A stretch of 61,671 bases of DNA, counting the filler, from Rhabdomonas costata (Eukaryota), in the NCBI GenBank assembly GCA_019059605.1. It is 24 parts of 24 records of this genome, joined end to end, with 100 filler letters (N's around TTAATTAATTAA, not from the genome) between each part and the next. Parts side by side here need not be neighbours in the genome. Positions count along the whole stretch, not along the records: positions 1 to 2,475 come from JAHMHO010003237.1; positions 2,576 to 5,050 come from JAHMHO010003238.1; positions 5,151 to 7,634 come from JAHMHO010003239.1; positions 7,735 to 10,211 come from JAHMHO010003240.1; positions 10,312 to 12,789 come from JAHMHO010003241.1; positions 12,890 to 15,364 come from JAHMHO010003242.1; 18 more parts are not named here. One strand, given 5' to 3'. This document shows, piece after piece, positions 1-13,190 of the stretch. The translations under genes and the position numbers were made by a program. The stretch's first letter is position 1; the number at the start of each line of letters is the position of its first letter. The notes below the pieces were generated by a model, which did not search any database, was not told where the DNA came from, and was given only the letters and a program-made list of their open reading frames with translations.

Positions 1-310
1 TGTTGGTGGGAACCCCTCTGAGCAGGACAGCATTGAAACACGTTTTGATTCCTCCGCTGAATGTAAAACGTACGAGACAAAGAAGCAGAACCATGGATAG
101 CAATATAAACAGAAGCTGAGCACCAGCGGAGGGTCAAGGAAGACCGATACCCCCTTCTCCATCCATGACTTACCGGTGCCAAGTTGGACGTCAGCCATTT
201 TTACATTCAGCGGAGGAATCAAAACGTGTTTCAATGCTGTCCTGCTCAGAGGGGTTCCCACAATACTCTTCGTCACACGCACACGTGATGCACGCGCTGC
301 ACACCCAAGC

Positions 311-2059
311 CTCCTTGTTGATCAGCGCCATTTCAATCTGATGGTAGGCATCCAGGTGTCTTGCCTGCGGTGGATCCCCCCGCCCTTTTATTTGTCCCTT
401 CGGGTCAATAACTGCATCTTGCCATTCAAATGGAATGGTGAAACCCCAAACCCCAAACAAATAATTTGTAGCACTCAACGAACGGAACAAGCGTAGGCAT
501 TCCTTAATCTCATTGAGGAGGGCGTAGCCCAGATTGGTGTGCATATCAACGAACTTTTTCTGCTCCTTCATCTGGGGCACTGAGCTCATCAAAGAGGTGA
601 CAGACTCGGTCATCCCATCGAGATCGTCGCTGTGTCGCAAATGAAGTGCGAAATACTAAAGCAGGGGTTCGCTGTTTTCCCATAGCCAGAGTTGGAAACA
701 TGCTTTGGTCCCGAAAAGAACACTAAAAAATACGCAATGCCTTTTATCGAACGTTGCTCAGGGAATGTGTGCTACATTACAGGCAATAGCAGCATCTTTG
801 AACTTTCGCAAAACACTAAATCTGTCTAGCAGCCATCCAGAAAAGCGAAACGCTCCCCCACATTAATTGAATATCAATAGCATCCGTGAGAATACCCTTG
901 CTCCTGCGTCACCTTGTCCTTGCTCTCCTTGAACTTGCTGAGCTCCTCGTAAGCCCGGTCTGAGTGAAGCAAAAACGTATATGAAAAAGAAAGAAGGTTT
1001 GAAGCCTGGAAAATCCAAGTACTCTGATGCAACACAAATAGAGTTTTGGCTCACTCACACAATACAAGCCGAAAACGCCCAGCAGGGTACTTCATCAGAG
1101 AATACGAACACAAAAAATCCACTTCCGTTTGATTGAGTTGGTTTGTGATTTGCTTCGTGAGTCTCCGCACAGTCGGGTAACTCACACCAGAGAAGTCATG
1201 GTAAAGGGCCCCAGCATTGTTCTGCCAGAACTGGTCCCGGGAGTCCAACTCGTAGACCTTCTTCTTCGTTGGGTTTTCTTCGTCCTTTGAGGCAAGCGGG
1301 AATCGACTCGACAGGCCCAGGAGGGGCCGCCTCGTGTTGGGAAGCACAGCAACCACGGCACTGCAAATGATCCTGACCCTGACTCAATTCCCATCTCATC
1401 AGCAATAATTATACAAGCAGAGCAACGACCAAACGAATGCGCACGAAAGTGTGGAAAATAGATGTTTGCATTTGTGCCCGTTGGGTCGAAACGGTCGGAA
1501 CCACGGCACCGATTCTCTGGGCTTGCCTTCTTCTGTGCTTTTGCAGGCGCCCCCCCCCCCACACACACACATTCCTTTTTTGAACAGTGCCACTACTGAG
1601 TGCCTGAGTAGTGCCACTACTCAGCTTATTCCCTTGCTTGCACTGAATATTTTTTTCGTATTCCGCGGGGAATTCTTGCATGCATTCAACAAATAGTTAA
1701 CTTCTCTTCTTTGACTTAGGGACAGTTGTGTCTGTTTTGCTGAATAGTGTGTGTGTGGGGGGGGGGTTGCTTAATAAACCTAATGACCTAATGAACTCAC
1801 AAGGGGAATGGGGGGTGTAGTCACACGCTGTCACAGGAAATTTTTTATCACGGGCGGTCACCAACAAAGGGCATGCCCGCACAAGCGGGGTGCCGATAGT
1901 TCACTGCAGTGGGCAGTGTCACAGGCAGCAGCGTTTCGCATACCTTGAGCTGCACCTTGTTCAGCCGCATCCCCAGGACGTCAGCCAGCATACAGCGGTA
2001 GGACCAAGGGTGTACCAGGCAAACAGGGATGTCGTTGTTGCGGTCACAGAGAAGCAGAA
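311..2059 (-). CDS. SLY1: Sec1/Munc18 family protein Sly1/SCFD1, partial and multi-exon
   Basis: The spliced exons read LLCDRNNDIPVCLVHPWSYRCMLADVLGMRLNKVQLK / DEENPTKKKVYELDSRDQFWQNNAGALYHDFS / DRAYEELSKFKESKDKVTQEQG / DDLDGMTESVTSLMSSVPQMKEQKKFVDMHTNLGYALLNEIK / ARHLDAYHQIE. These match the Sly1 motifs DR..D....L.H.W.Y and KK..D.HTN...L...IKAR.LD. Confidence 0.88.
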
Positions 2060-2475
2060 CTGTCCAACGCAAATCAAGTGACACTCCCAAAGTTAGAGAT
2101 CAGTGCACACCAAATTCCTATAAGGAGGTCTTTCACGGTAACTTTCAAACCCGGGTCTTTTTGGCATTGGATATCCTCTTCTTTCCAATAAACCATAAGT
2201 TCATAAGTTCTAACTTCACGATGTACCCTGCTGAGAAACACAGCTTGCTGTCTCAAAAGCTGATGAAAGGAATTTGCACTGTATGACGCCATGGAAGTTG
2301 GCACAAGAAAGAGCGAAACCTCAGCTGCCACACACGCGCGCACACATTGAATTGGTTATAAGGGTAAATGCTGGTGCGGATACTGTCAGGCAACGAAGCT
2401 GGCTCGAATGCTCGAATCCATATCACGGTGCAACACGCTGGTCTCGATTAGGCGTAGGGATGAAGCTGCCCCCAC

Positions 2476-2575
2476 NNNNNNNNNNNNNNNNNNNNNNNNN
2501 NNNNNNNNNNNNNNNNNNNTTAATTAATTAANNNNNNNNNNNNNNNNNNNNNNNNNNNNNNNNNNNNNNNNNNNN
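2476..2575. other. Artificial contig-joining spacer (first of 23)
   Basis: N-run + TTAATTAATTAA (stops in all six frames) + N-run. It recurs at about 5051, 7635, 10212, 12790, 15365, 17940, 20517, 23092, 25658, 28232, 30806, 33381, 35954, 38529, 41102, 43676, 46248, 48816, 51380, 53954, 56527 and 59099. Neighbouring contigs are therefore not syntenic. Confidence 0.99.
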
Positions 2576-2824
2576 GTTGTTTTGTCCACAACCTTGGTTG
2601 AAAACACCAAATTTCCAACGTCGGGTTTTTGAAAATTAAGAAAACTAGCGTGTAACCATCGGTAAACCGGAAAAGCTCACCACCACGAACAACACTGATT
2701 ACAGGAGGGGGGTGACGCTTCGAGGTCAAGCGCCCTACTAGAGAGCGTTGCTGATGAAGAAGAGGCAGCAAGCGAATCTCCGAACAAACGTGGAAAAGGT
2801 GGGCACCTCCGCTTGGGGCGAGGG

Positions 2825-3699
2825 TCTCCCTTGGCAGCATCGTCGAAGTGCGGCGGAGTAGGCCGCCGTGCGGCCGTCGTCGCCGAGGCACTGGCGGTAC
2901 CACTCCGGGAGGAAGTGCAGGCGGGTCAACCTGGGTCCCGCCCCGACGCGGAAGGTGATCCGAGCCTTGTTGTGTGACACCTGAAGGATCCGGAGGGGGG
3001 GAAGGAGGTTGGGGTGGTCTTACCAGAACTGAACAAGCGCTAAATGTACTAATTATCATTGCAGTATGCTAGCTTTGACACCTCTTGAAACACATATGCA
3101 TCCATTCCCAGGAAACTAAAAATGGAGAGACGGGCAATGGACGTAAAATTCCAAATATAGGCGAACTCAGAAAAGAGGGTTAGAGATATTTCACTCGTCA
3201 ACAAGCTGTTCGGTGGAAAATAATCGGGGTGGGGGATGGAGAGCTGCGCTGTATCGTGGAGGTTGACGGAGGTTAACGGCATCCGTCTTTCCGATTTCAT
3301 ACGTGCTGCCTTTGACGGGCGTCTACTGAGAGGTCCCTGGTCTGCGCTCATAAGGACTAAAAAGAAGACATCCACATCCCATTCATATCAAATGAAAAAC
3401 CATGTTTGCAGTTGGTGGTGAGAACACAACAACACAACCATTGACAAACTAAAGCAATAAACAAAGTGCTCAGGACAGAATTTTGCGCTGGAGCTGCGGA
3501 CTCAATCCAGAGTCTCTCTGGCCAAGAGGCAAAGCACATCCGTACATAACCACACATACCGACACCATCTCGGTGCTCCCCTGCTTGACAGGGCATGGGT
3601 CGACATAAAACAGTGCCTGGGAGGAGGGTGTCGACGATGCCCCGGAGTTGGTAACTGAAATGGACTCGGTAAGGAAGAGCTCGTAGTAGTACACAAACC
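2825..3699 (-). CDS. Protein arginine methyltransferase-like (PRMT7/PRMT9-type inter-domain region), partial
   Basis: Exons read FVYYYELFLTESISVTNS...SQALFYVDPCPVKQGSTEMVS / VSHNKARITFRV...WYRQCLGDDGRTAAYSAALRR. This resembles a PRMT beta-barrel end followed by the 'L.D..R..AY..AL' start of a second methyltransferase domain. The intron is GT-AG. Confidence 0.5.
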
Positions 3700-5312
3700 C
3701 TTTGGGGGGATGCAAACAGTGCCTTCAGTATGCCGGCGCAAAAATGAGGCAAGGCGTGTCTGAGAAGCATGAGCGCCCGCAGGTTCTTGTTGCGTGAGAA
3801 AAGCGTAACTTGACATGTACTGCTTCAAAGGTGGTCCCTTGCCGCACATCAACAGGATGTCCTCCAATTCTGTCATTCCTAATCAATCGGCTCATGGAAT
3901 GGAAGCTGTTCCAACGTGGTGCGAGTGTAATTTTCCGGTAATCTCTGACGCATTGGTCCCCCGCGTCGCGAAGAGGCAGTCAGCATCCGCACACAGTTTA
4001 CCATCCCCCCTCACGTTACTCCCCCTGCTTCACAGGGTTCGTGTCCCCCTCGGAACGTACGACTTGGGAATCCCGACTGACGCGTTTGGAGTACTCTTCA
4101 TGGGCGCCTGGGACCTACCTGAACTCTTTCTGCCCCTCTCCGCTTTGCTCATCATTCCTCTCCCCTGCGCAGGCGTCAGCCGTCATTTACACACAGACAT
4201 ACCGTGCAATGTGCCGTCCGCGAGGACCTTCACTGGGATATCCTTGCGGTCAATAGGCCGCAGAGTGCTGGGATCGCCAAGAACAAACTGAAACACTGGG
4301 AAAGGCTCCGTCAGCACGCGATGTGGCTGTCGGCTCAGGTCCACAGCAGAAACATTGAGACTCCTGCAGCCCATCCCCCCCCCCCAAAAAAGCTTCTTCA
4401 TTAAAGGAAAAATACTGAGTGAATCACTCTTCAGCTTCTACCCCTCCTCTCGTAATCCAAAGAGCTTTTCGACCAATATTTTCCCGAACTATCCCGTTTC
4501 TCCTCTCCTTTTTCGTGCTTCTGCCTGCCTGGTTGAACAGACCCATGGAAATTGGACATTCTAATTCCGGCGATGCCTCCAGCATTCTTCAGTTTGATCT
4601 GCAGTTGGGTTCAGCACGAGGATGGGCGGAGAAAGGGAGGGGGGCTCCTATCCCCAGAATGGGCCACTAGCGTCGACCACCAACGCTAAAGGCAAGTTCG
4701 TGAGTGAGAGAATCTAGTTGGGGGGGGGTACCAGTCGTAGGCATCGCTGAAGGCGCTGAGGTCGAGCCCACTGGCGCATCGGCATAGCTCAACACCGACG
4801 GCAAACACATGTGCACGGCAGGGGATGATCGTGGCATATTCCGCCAGATATTGCTTCCTGCATAGTACGTCAATTCAACTCAGTACAAGACTCCGAGAAA
4901 TAACTATTGCAGTATCACAAGTCTCCACAGAGGCACCACCATAACATCTGCTCACCAGTCCCTCCACTTTAAAATAAGAAACCACGATAATACCACGCCT
5001 TTTGCGGAAAGCACAGAACATGGGTTCTTCAAATTGGTGGAGTGGGAGGGNNNNNNNNNNNNNNNNNNNNNNNNNNNNNNNNNNNNNNNNNNNNTTAATT
5101 AATTAANNNNNNNNNNNNNNNNNNNNNNNNNNNNNNNNNNNNNNNNNNNNGCTGACAGACTCGTCAGGTGGACAGGTGGAACAGACCCCTGCACCATGTT
5201 ATTGTCTCCTGCCTGTGTGCAAAACATGCTCAGGGGCGTTCTGGTGTTTCTCCGGCCTGGCCGCGCTGCTAGGGGGGCGCAAGCCGTCGCCCCCTCCGCC
5301 GCTTCCGCTGCA

Positions 5313-7375
5313 GATGGGGGAGTTAATGGGGTCGATATACCTCATGGCCGCGCTCGGAGCGGCGCTGTTCCACCTCTACCGCACAGCTGAGGGGCAGCGG
5401 GTGTGCGTGCGAGCGGACGCGGTGGACAGAGAAGGGGGTGATGCCCAATGGGCCCATGCCCATCGAGGGTGGAATATAACATAGAATCGCGAGTCATCAA
5501 TGTGTGTGCGTGCGTGTTTGTGTGGGTGCGTGTGCGTGTGCGTGTGCGTGTGCGTGTGCTTGTCAGTGTTTAGGGTCGATTGCCTGTCCCCGACCGAAAC
5601 GTTTGACTTTGACGTTTAATAGTGTTTACACGTTTAACAACGGTTACGCAAACGCTTTTTTTCTCACGGTTTTTGCAGTTGTTTTTGAGCTCCTCAACAA
5701 CAGTGGAATAGCCCGGAACTGAAGACATACATGCTCCAATGATTAGTGATCACTCCGGAAACACTGAGCTGGAGGGAGAGTGACCCCAGACTGTTTTAAA
5801 GACCCAGAGTGATGGGTTGGAGCTCGTACTTGGTGGGTGGAACCACCCCTGAGTTTTTTTGTGGTACTTACTAGCCTGTGGCTGTGTCTCTTTGCGTCCA
5901 CAGTGAGCGAATAACAATTGATGTGTTTGCCTTCTCTTAAGTGTGCTGAATCAACGTTTTCAGGGTCCCCAACACATCTTTATCAAACTTTCGAAATTGG
6001 TTCACAAGTAATGTTCTGAGACGCTGGCACTGAAACGACATGGTTGAGGGATTGATCCTTCCTGTGAGCTTGCACCGCGTGCTTTTAACCTTCTCAGGTA
6101 GACATCAACCTCCTCCACGTCGCCACGTGGTGCAATGCGATCCTTGGGTCCCTCGTGCAGAAGGACCCCCCTAAGGTCGTCATCTTCGACAGACCTCCGC
6201 AGGTGCATCGGATGTTTTCACTGCTGTGACGAGCCCATGTCGTGAAAGCTACGGTACGTACCTTCCAGCTTGTCGGGATGCATCGCCGTGATGGGGTTCT
6301 TCAAACTCAAAATGTATTTCTCCCATGAATTGTACTCCAGGAGAGGAGGAATGACTGGCCCGTGCCTACGGCGAACTGCTTCCGCACCAAGGACGGGATG
6401 TGGCTGCAGATGCTGGGCGTAGAGCTGCCCCGCCACCTCATGAAGACGGTTTGTGTGTTATGTACCCCCCCTCCTCCTCCTCCTTCTGCTCTGTTCGCAG
6501 TTGGTTGTCGTCCATGGAAATACTGCCCGGCTTCTTGATCACGACTTCGCAATTAGGTCTTCCTGTGAGTGTTCTGCAGACGAGTGAGACAGACGATAAA
6601 CATGGCTTACCTCTGCTTAATCGTTTCAGCATTTGTTTTTTTTTAAGAAAGATTGAAAGCAGGTTCCTCTACACTTCAGTGCAAAATCAACTCGTTTCGT
6701 CACCATTCACATGTGGGAGTGCCAGTTTCCCAGGTGGCAAAGTTGATTTGTGAGGAGAGACAACTTGTAAACCCACTTATAAGTGTTTTATTACGAACAC
6801 GATACTCCTCATTGGAACCGGGTTTCTCCTTAGGGTGTTTTTTGTCCAGGTAGGGAGAGAGAGTCGCTTTCCTGCCTGAGAAAATGTTGGAACCCGCGAA
6901 ATGTCCTCAACAAGAAAGGCTGTTCCGCACCACAATCGGTTCGTTAGGTGGGATGATTTTATACAATGCTTCTTGCTTCTTGCTGGCATGAGCTTTTTTT
7001 CACCACCGCTTATCACCCCTGAAGCAGGCAACGCAGTCTGGTCTCTACACAGCATCGGGCCAAAAATAATCCGAGTCTGAGAATAATGTAACCAGCAGAA
7101 CATACCTCTCATTTAATGATTGCGCATTCTTTTGTTCTGCCGCTCAGCTTCGTGGCCTCGGGATTCGGTGGAGGGTCTTCCCTATGGTGCTGTGGGAGGT
7201 GCTGCGGAGCGTTCTCCCCGCAACGGGGGTGCCGCTACTCTTCCGCCTCACCCCTGTGTTCACCGTAATCAACGCGGAGATGACCAGGGCAATTTCCGCG
7301 TTGACCTGGGTGGAGGCCCAGACCCTGCTCCGGGAGAAGGACATCTGGTACTGCCCCGTGCAGACACCGGCCCAG
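5313..7375 (+). CDS. CaiB/BaiF family (class III) CoA-transferase, partial, 4 exons
   Basis: Exons read ...GAALFHLYRTAEGQR / VDINLLHVATW... / ERRNDWPVPTANCFRTKDGMWLQMLGVELPRH / ...TWVEAQTLLREKDIWYCPVQTPAQ. They match the family motifs G.GQ.VD.SL and P..N.F.TKDG.W. Confidence 0.75.
5501..5558. repeat. (GT)/(GTGCGT)n microsatellite
   Basis: Tandem GTGCGT units in an intron. Confidence 0.9.
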
Positions 7376-7519
7376 GTACTACCGCGTGAATCCGGGTCCC
7401 GTGCCCTTGTGTGTGAGTGTGTAAGAAAAAACTCATCCTTGCCAAGTGCACCAAGTGTGTTCGTCTGCGTGAGGACGTGAAAATCCTTGCGGAGGCAAAC
7501 CCACACCGCAGAGACACAC

Positions 7520-7560
7520 GCACTCACTCACTCACTCACTCACTCACTCACTCACTCACT
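7520..7560. repeat. (CACT)n microsatellite
   Basis: About 10 tandem CACT units. A shorter run occurs near 61505. Confidence 0.9.
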
Positions 7561-7748
7561 TACGCTGACACTCGCACGGTGCATGATATCAACCAATTGC
7601 AACCTCGACCCCAACAACCAAACACACCCACCACNNNNNNNNNNNNNNNNNNNNNNNNNNNNNNNNNNNNNNNNNNNNTTAATTAATTAANNNNNNNNNN
7701 NNNNNNNNNNNNNNNNNNNNNNNNNNNNNNNNNNGTGTTTTTGAAAAT

Positions 7749-7925
7749 ACGTTGTGGGTGCTGCCGTAAACCCTCCGCTGCGTGGGGCAAGAAGCGGCGC
7801 AAAAGGGATACTAAGAGCCGCCAAGAGGCACCACAACGGGCCGAGGGTGAAGGGTCAGAAAATTCTGACCCCAAGGACCGGCCACGCAGCGTTTCGGGAG
7901 GCCTGCTGTATATACAAAAGACCCC
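7749..7925 (+). repeat. Dispersed repeat, copy 1
   Basis: Aligns with 14514-14645, including an identical 39-nt core CAGCGTTTCGGGAGGCCTGCTGTATATACAAAAGACCCC. Its 5' part aligns with 43604-43652. Confidence 0.9.
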
Positions 7926-9172
7926 AGGCCTGCTTCGGCGTAGCCCTCAATTGTTCATCTTTTGAACTTGGAGCAATGATCAATTTTTTATATTCAGAAT
8001 ACCGTGAATAGAACTTTGTGCATGTTGTGAGTGTCGTCTGAATCGTTTGCAGGATTATCATGGATGGATGGATCCCAGCCACTTCCGCGGCCGCAAGCTG
8101 GGGATCTGGACAACATTGGAAGATGGTTCCAGAGCCAATGATATTCCTATAGAAGGTTAACCCATTAACACTGAAATAGCTCCTCTCATCAAAAAGGAAG
8201 ACAAGAAAGAAAGAAGAATTCAGAAGCACTGGCAGCGTATGCGTAGCCGTGGGACCCATTGCCATAATGGCGAAGCGATGTCCGACATGGCTGACATGCA
8301 CATCCGTCCCACCATCACGGCCACCTACTTTTTTGAAGGACTTCAAACAAAGGCAAAATATTTTACTTGAATTTGGAAATGCTGTAGCAGTTTGTTCACG
8401 CTTGTGTACGTTTGCACGAGGAAATTTTGGAAAGGAAGCAGAGGCACAGGTGAAGAGGCATGTGGAAAGAAAACAAAAGCTGCCCCTGACCAAAGGCACA
8501 GGCAGCCTATTGGAGCCCACTGCCCACCCAGAGAGTCGCAAAGCACACAGAAATTAATACCGATAACAAAAATGAAATTAATCAGAATCATCACAAAACA
8601 GAACACACTTAACTTTTGCTGTCATGCTTGTCATTCGCTCGTGATTTGGTCTCCCGCTTTGCTTGTTTTCCCTTTGTCTGGTTCCTCTGTAATTTATTGT
8701 TCCCTTTTTGCATATCGCCTTCTTGGCCGCGCGCTATGCTTCTGTGCTTGGTAAGGTACGTTACACCGTAAACTCAGAGCCACAGAGTTCTTCTTTTTTC
8801 AGCTGTTTTGTGCTTCCCAAGCAGAAAACCTACCCGTGTGAGGACCAATCTCCACACAACCGGCATCCAGTTGGACCTAGTTGGCCGCTCTTGCGGGTGC
8901 AGCCCAATCCTCCACTTCTCAAACAATCATCAGTGAAATATGTTCAATTCAGGAGGTGAGGGACTATCCGAGGCAGACGACTGAAACGGGGACGTTGCCT
9001 GGGGCCCTGTACTGACGCATTATTGTAGAGCTCACATGGGAAAACGCTACTGGTGGTAGCCATTACCCCCCCCCCCGCAAGGTCAGCACAGCCCACTGAT
9101 AATCAGGGGACATGTGGGAGAGGAAGGTTAAAGACACACCCACACATACAGCCACACAATGCATACCGAAAC

Positions 9173-9523
9173 TTGCTCGACCCAAACCCCCGGCAGGGGG
9201 TCTGTGTTGTTCCTGCTGGGGAGGCGGGGCACCCAGCTTTGCCACCGCGCCTCGTTGGCGTGCAGCCACTCGCACACGGCGTCGGGCAGGGGCAGGCCGT
9301 CGAACACGATGCGGGCCATTATGGCCTCCTGGTCCACCTCCGAGATAGCGAAGTTCTGCACCACGGCGCTGGCGAGGGTGTGGTGGGTATGGGCCTGGGC
9401 CCACCCCAGCTTGCGGGGGATGATAAGGGGGTAGTCGCAGCTGACTTTCGAGGGGTCGCCCTCCCAGCACTGCGCGGTGTACGCCGGCAGGGAGACCCGG
9501 GTCAGGTTGAACCGCGAAAACAC
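9173..9523 (-). CDS. Exon encoding a glycine-betaine (OpuAC/PBP2)-like substrate-binding domain, probably a receptor ectodomain
   Basis: The exon encodes FNLTRVSLPAYTAQCW...SCDYP....RKL...VVQNFAISEVDQEAIM...DAVCEWLHANEARWQSWVP. The 'A..W...N...W..W' end is typical of OpuAC-type domains. It is bounded by AG and GT. Confidence 0.6.
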
Positions 9524-10311
9524 CTGAGATAACGACACCCATTCACATCAGCAAATTACCACTTTGTCAGGGCCGATCATTGAGGCGGTGACTAAGCTGT
9601 CACCAGGTCTGACACAATAGCCCAACGAGGGAGCAAGGGAGAGGAGGAGAGGTGCTGCTCCGGCGAAGTTCTGAGCGAAGAGAAGAGAGTAAGCAAACAA
9701 AACACGCCCCACCCTGGCATCCATTTCTCTTCTACTCACCAAGAAATCAGCTGGAGGTCATTGAAGAAAGGCGGTTACACCGTAAACTCAGAACCCATGC
9801 TTTTCAGCCCTGGCCATTTTTAGCATCAGTTGGCCATACCGTCCCTGATTTATACACCCACTGGCAACCCCAAGCAGGGCTAGTGCCTGAGAAATGTCAT
9901 ACGACGGGGCTGAAGAGTGTTCAGTGCACACTCTTGCCCCTGTCATCTCCTGCTCCCGCAGACCGCGTCACAGGGCCACATCACACCCGCCCGTCTTGCG
10001 GCATAACGGCTGCATAAACCATGCAAACGCACACAAGGCACCCTCGTACCCAGTGAGGGGTGTAGAGGTACATGAAAATTGGCCGCCGCTCAGCGTAGCG
10101 CCGGTGAAACTCTTCAAACAGAAGCTTCTCCTGCTCGTACCTATAACCACACAAAAAGCTCTACACCAAAGGCCGTCTGAATGCCAACCGGAAGTTCCCG
10201 CCCCCCCCACANNNNNNNNNNNNNNNNNNNNNNNNNNNNNNNNNNNNNNNNNNNNTTAATTAATTAANNNNNNNNNNNNNNNNNNNNNNNNNNNNNNNNN
10301 NNNNNNNNNNN

Positions 10312-11679
<1,368 letters not shown>

Positions 11680-11829
11680 TGGATTGCACTGATTGGGGCA
11701 CTTTTGATGTTGCTGTGAACCAGTGTTGTACAGTCTTGCTGTCGTGACTGAAACATCGGTCGTGCTTGTATCGTTTACACTTCTTCATACCCTTCTGTGG
11801 TCCCCTTGCGTTTCCAGTGAAACGCGTGC

Positions 11830-12789
11830 AGAGCAGAGTACACACCGCGGTTCTCCCTCAACGCGTCGAACAAGGTGGGCTCGACCGCAATTAAACTGGC
11901 TCGCTTCTCCAGCGCTGGGATATTCTGCTGGATCCAGTCCCGCGTCTCGACGAGGCAGGCTTCCACGCGTTTGCCGCTTTGACCCATTGCGCCAGCACCG
12001 CCCACCGCACCGGGCGTTTAATCTCACTCTGGAACAATCCATTCTGAGAAATAACTTCTTCCCCAATAACTCCTCTGTCGGCTCATAGTCCATTACTCAA
12101 CCTCCCCTGCCGTCTGTGTGATCCTCTGGACCGCAAACCTCACAACCTCTAGCCTCTGCATTCTGCAGCAACGGAATCTTCCATGTCTGGATTCGGAAAT
12201 TTAGCTGGGGCTTCACTGGCTCTTTAATTGCTCTCTTGACAGCTGTGGTGGAGCCGAGACAGACAGCGGCCCTCTCTCCCTTTTCAAGGTCCGCCATTTC
12301 ATCGTCTCTGCATCAACTGCCTCATCATCATCATCAACGTGATCTCTGAGAGCTGCCAATGGATCTCGAATGACCTCTGCACCCTTCGCACTCAAGCTCA
12401 TTACTGTGCAACCCTTATCTGTGGAACTCTTACCTCCGCCCTCACTTGTCCCTTGGGTTGGTGGGGCTGCACCTCCCACACTCTGTTGTGTACCTCCACC
12501 GGCACTGCTCTCTGCAACTGGAGCCCCGCTGGGTCCACCCATATCATGATCTGAATCGTCTTCCTTGTCATTTCTCTGAATAACCTCCTCTGAAGCACAT
12601 GTGGGCGGTGGCGCCTGCTCTACCTCCATCACTCTGAAAAGGTAAGACTCGTCTGGAGCACTTGATCTCCACTCCTCCTCTGAAATACGTCTGCTCTCAA
12701 AGGTCGAAACTCTGAAATCTGTCCATTTAATCCGCTCCGCATAATCCTCTCCGTATTCCACTCCCTCTGCATACTGATACGGAACTTTG
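11830..12789 (-). pseudogene. Interrupted intronless coding-like stretch of unknown origin (possible mobile-element remnant)
   Basis: Successive overlapping minus-strand ORFs (182, 66, 102 and 76 aa) look like one frameshifted protein. No splice signals are evident and no family was recognised. Confidence 0.3.
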
Positions 12790-13190
12790 NNNNNNNNNNN
12801 NNNNNNNNNNNNNNNNNNNNNNNNNNNNNNNNNTTAATTAATTAANNNNNNNNNNNNNNNNNNNNNNNNNNNNNNNNNNNNNNNNNNNNTTGACACAATT
12901 GTAATTATTTTTTCGTGAGGATTGCGGGGTGCGCCATCGCGACCGTACTCTTGACACCCCCTTTTTGCGAGTATGCCCTGTGCAATTGTCAAATATAGAA
13001 ACAATGCTGTTCCTTAATTTTTCCTCGCCGCTTTCCGTTCAGAGACACTTTGTGTTTTCTGTTTGGCGTTCTCCCTGCCACATTATCTTGGTTTTTGGAG
13101 TGCCGTTTTGTGTCACCTCTGCCCTGAGTTGGTTGCACATGTTAACGAGTGGACTTTGATGCTGTATGTGTGTGTGGTGTTGACTCCTAG

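Noticed and set aside
1-10. G/T-only contig starts and C/A-only contig ends (telomere-like)
   Set aside because: These are non-periodic and present on most contigs, consistent with residual degenerate G/T amplification primers.
9-259. ~60-bp inverted repeat (9-68 versus 199-259)
   Set aside because: It lies at a contig end, which is typical of a whole-genome-amplification fold-back chimera.
2476-2575. Regularly spaced TTAATTAATTAA motif (array-like periodicity)
   Set aside because: It is an artificial linker inside N-runs. The even spacing reflects length-sorted contigs, not a CRISPR array or biological repeat.
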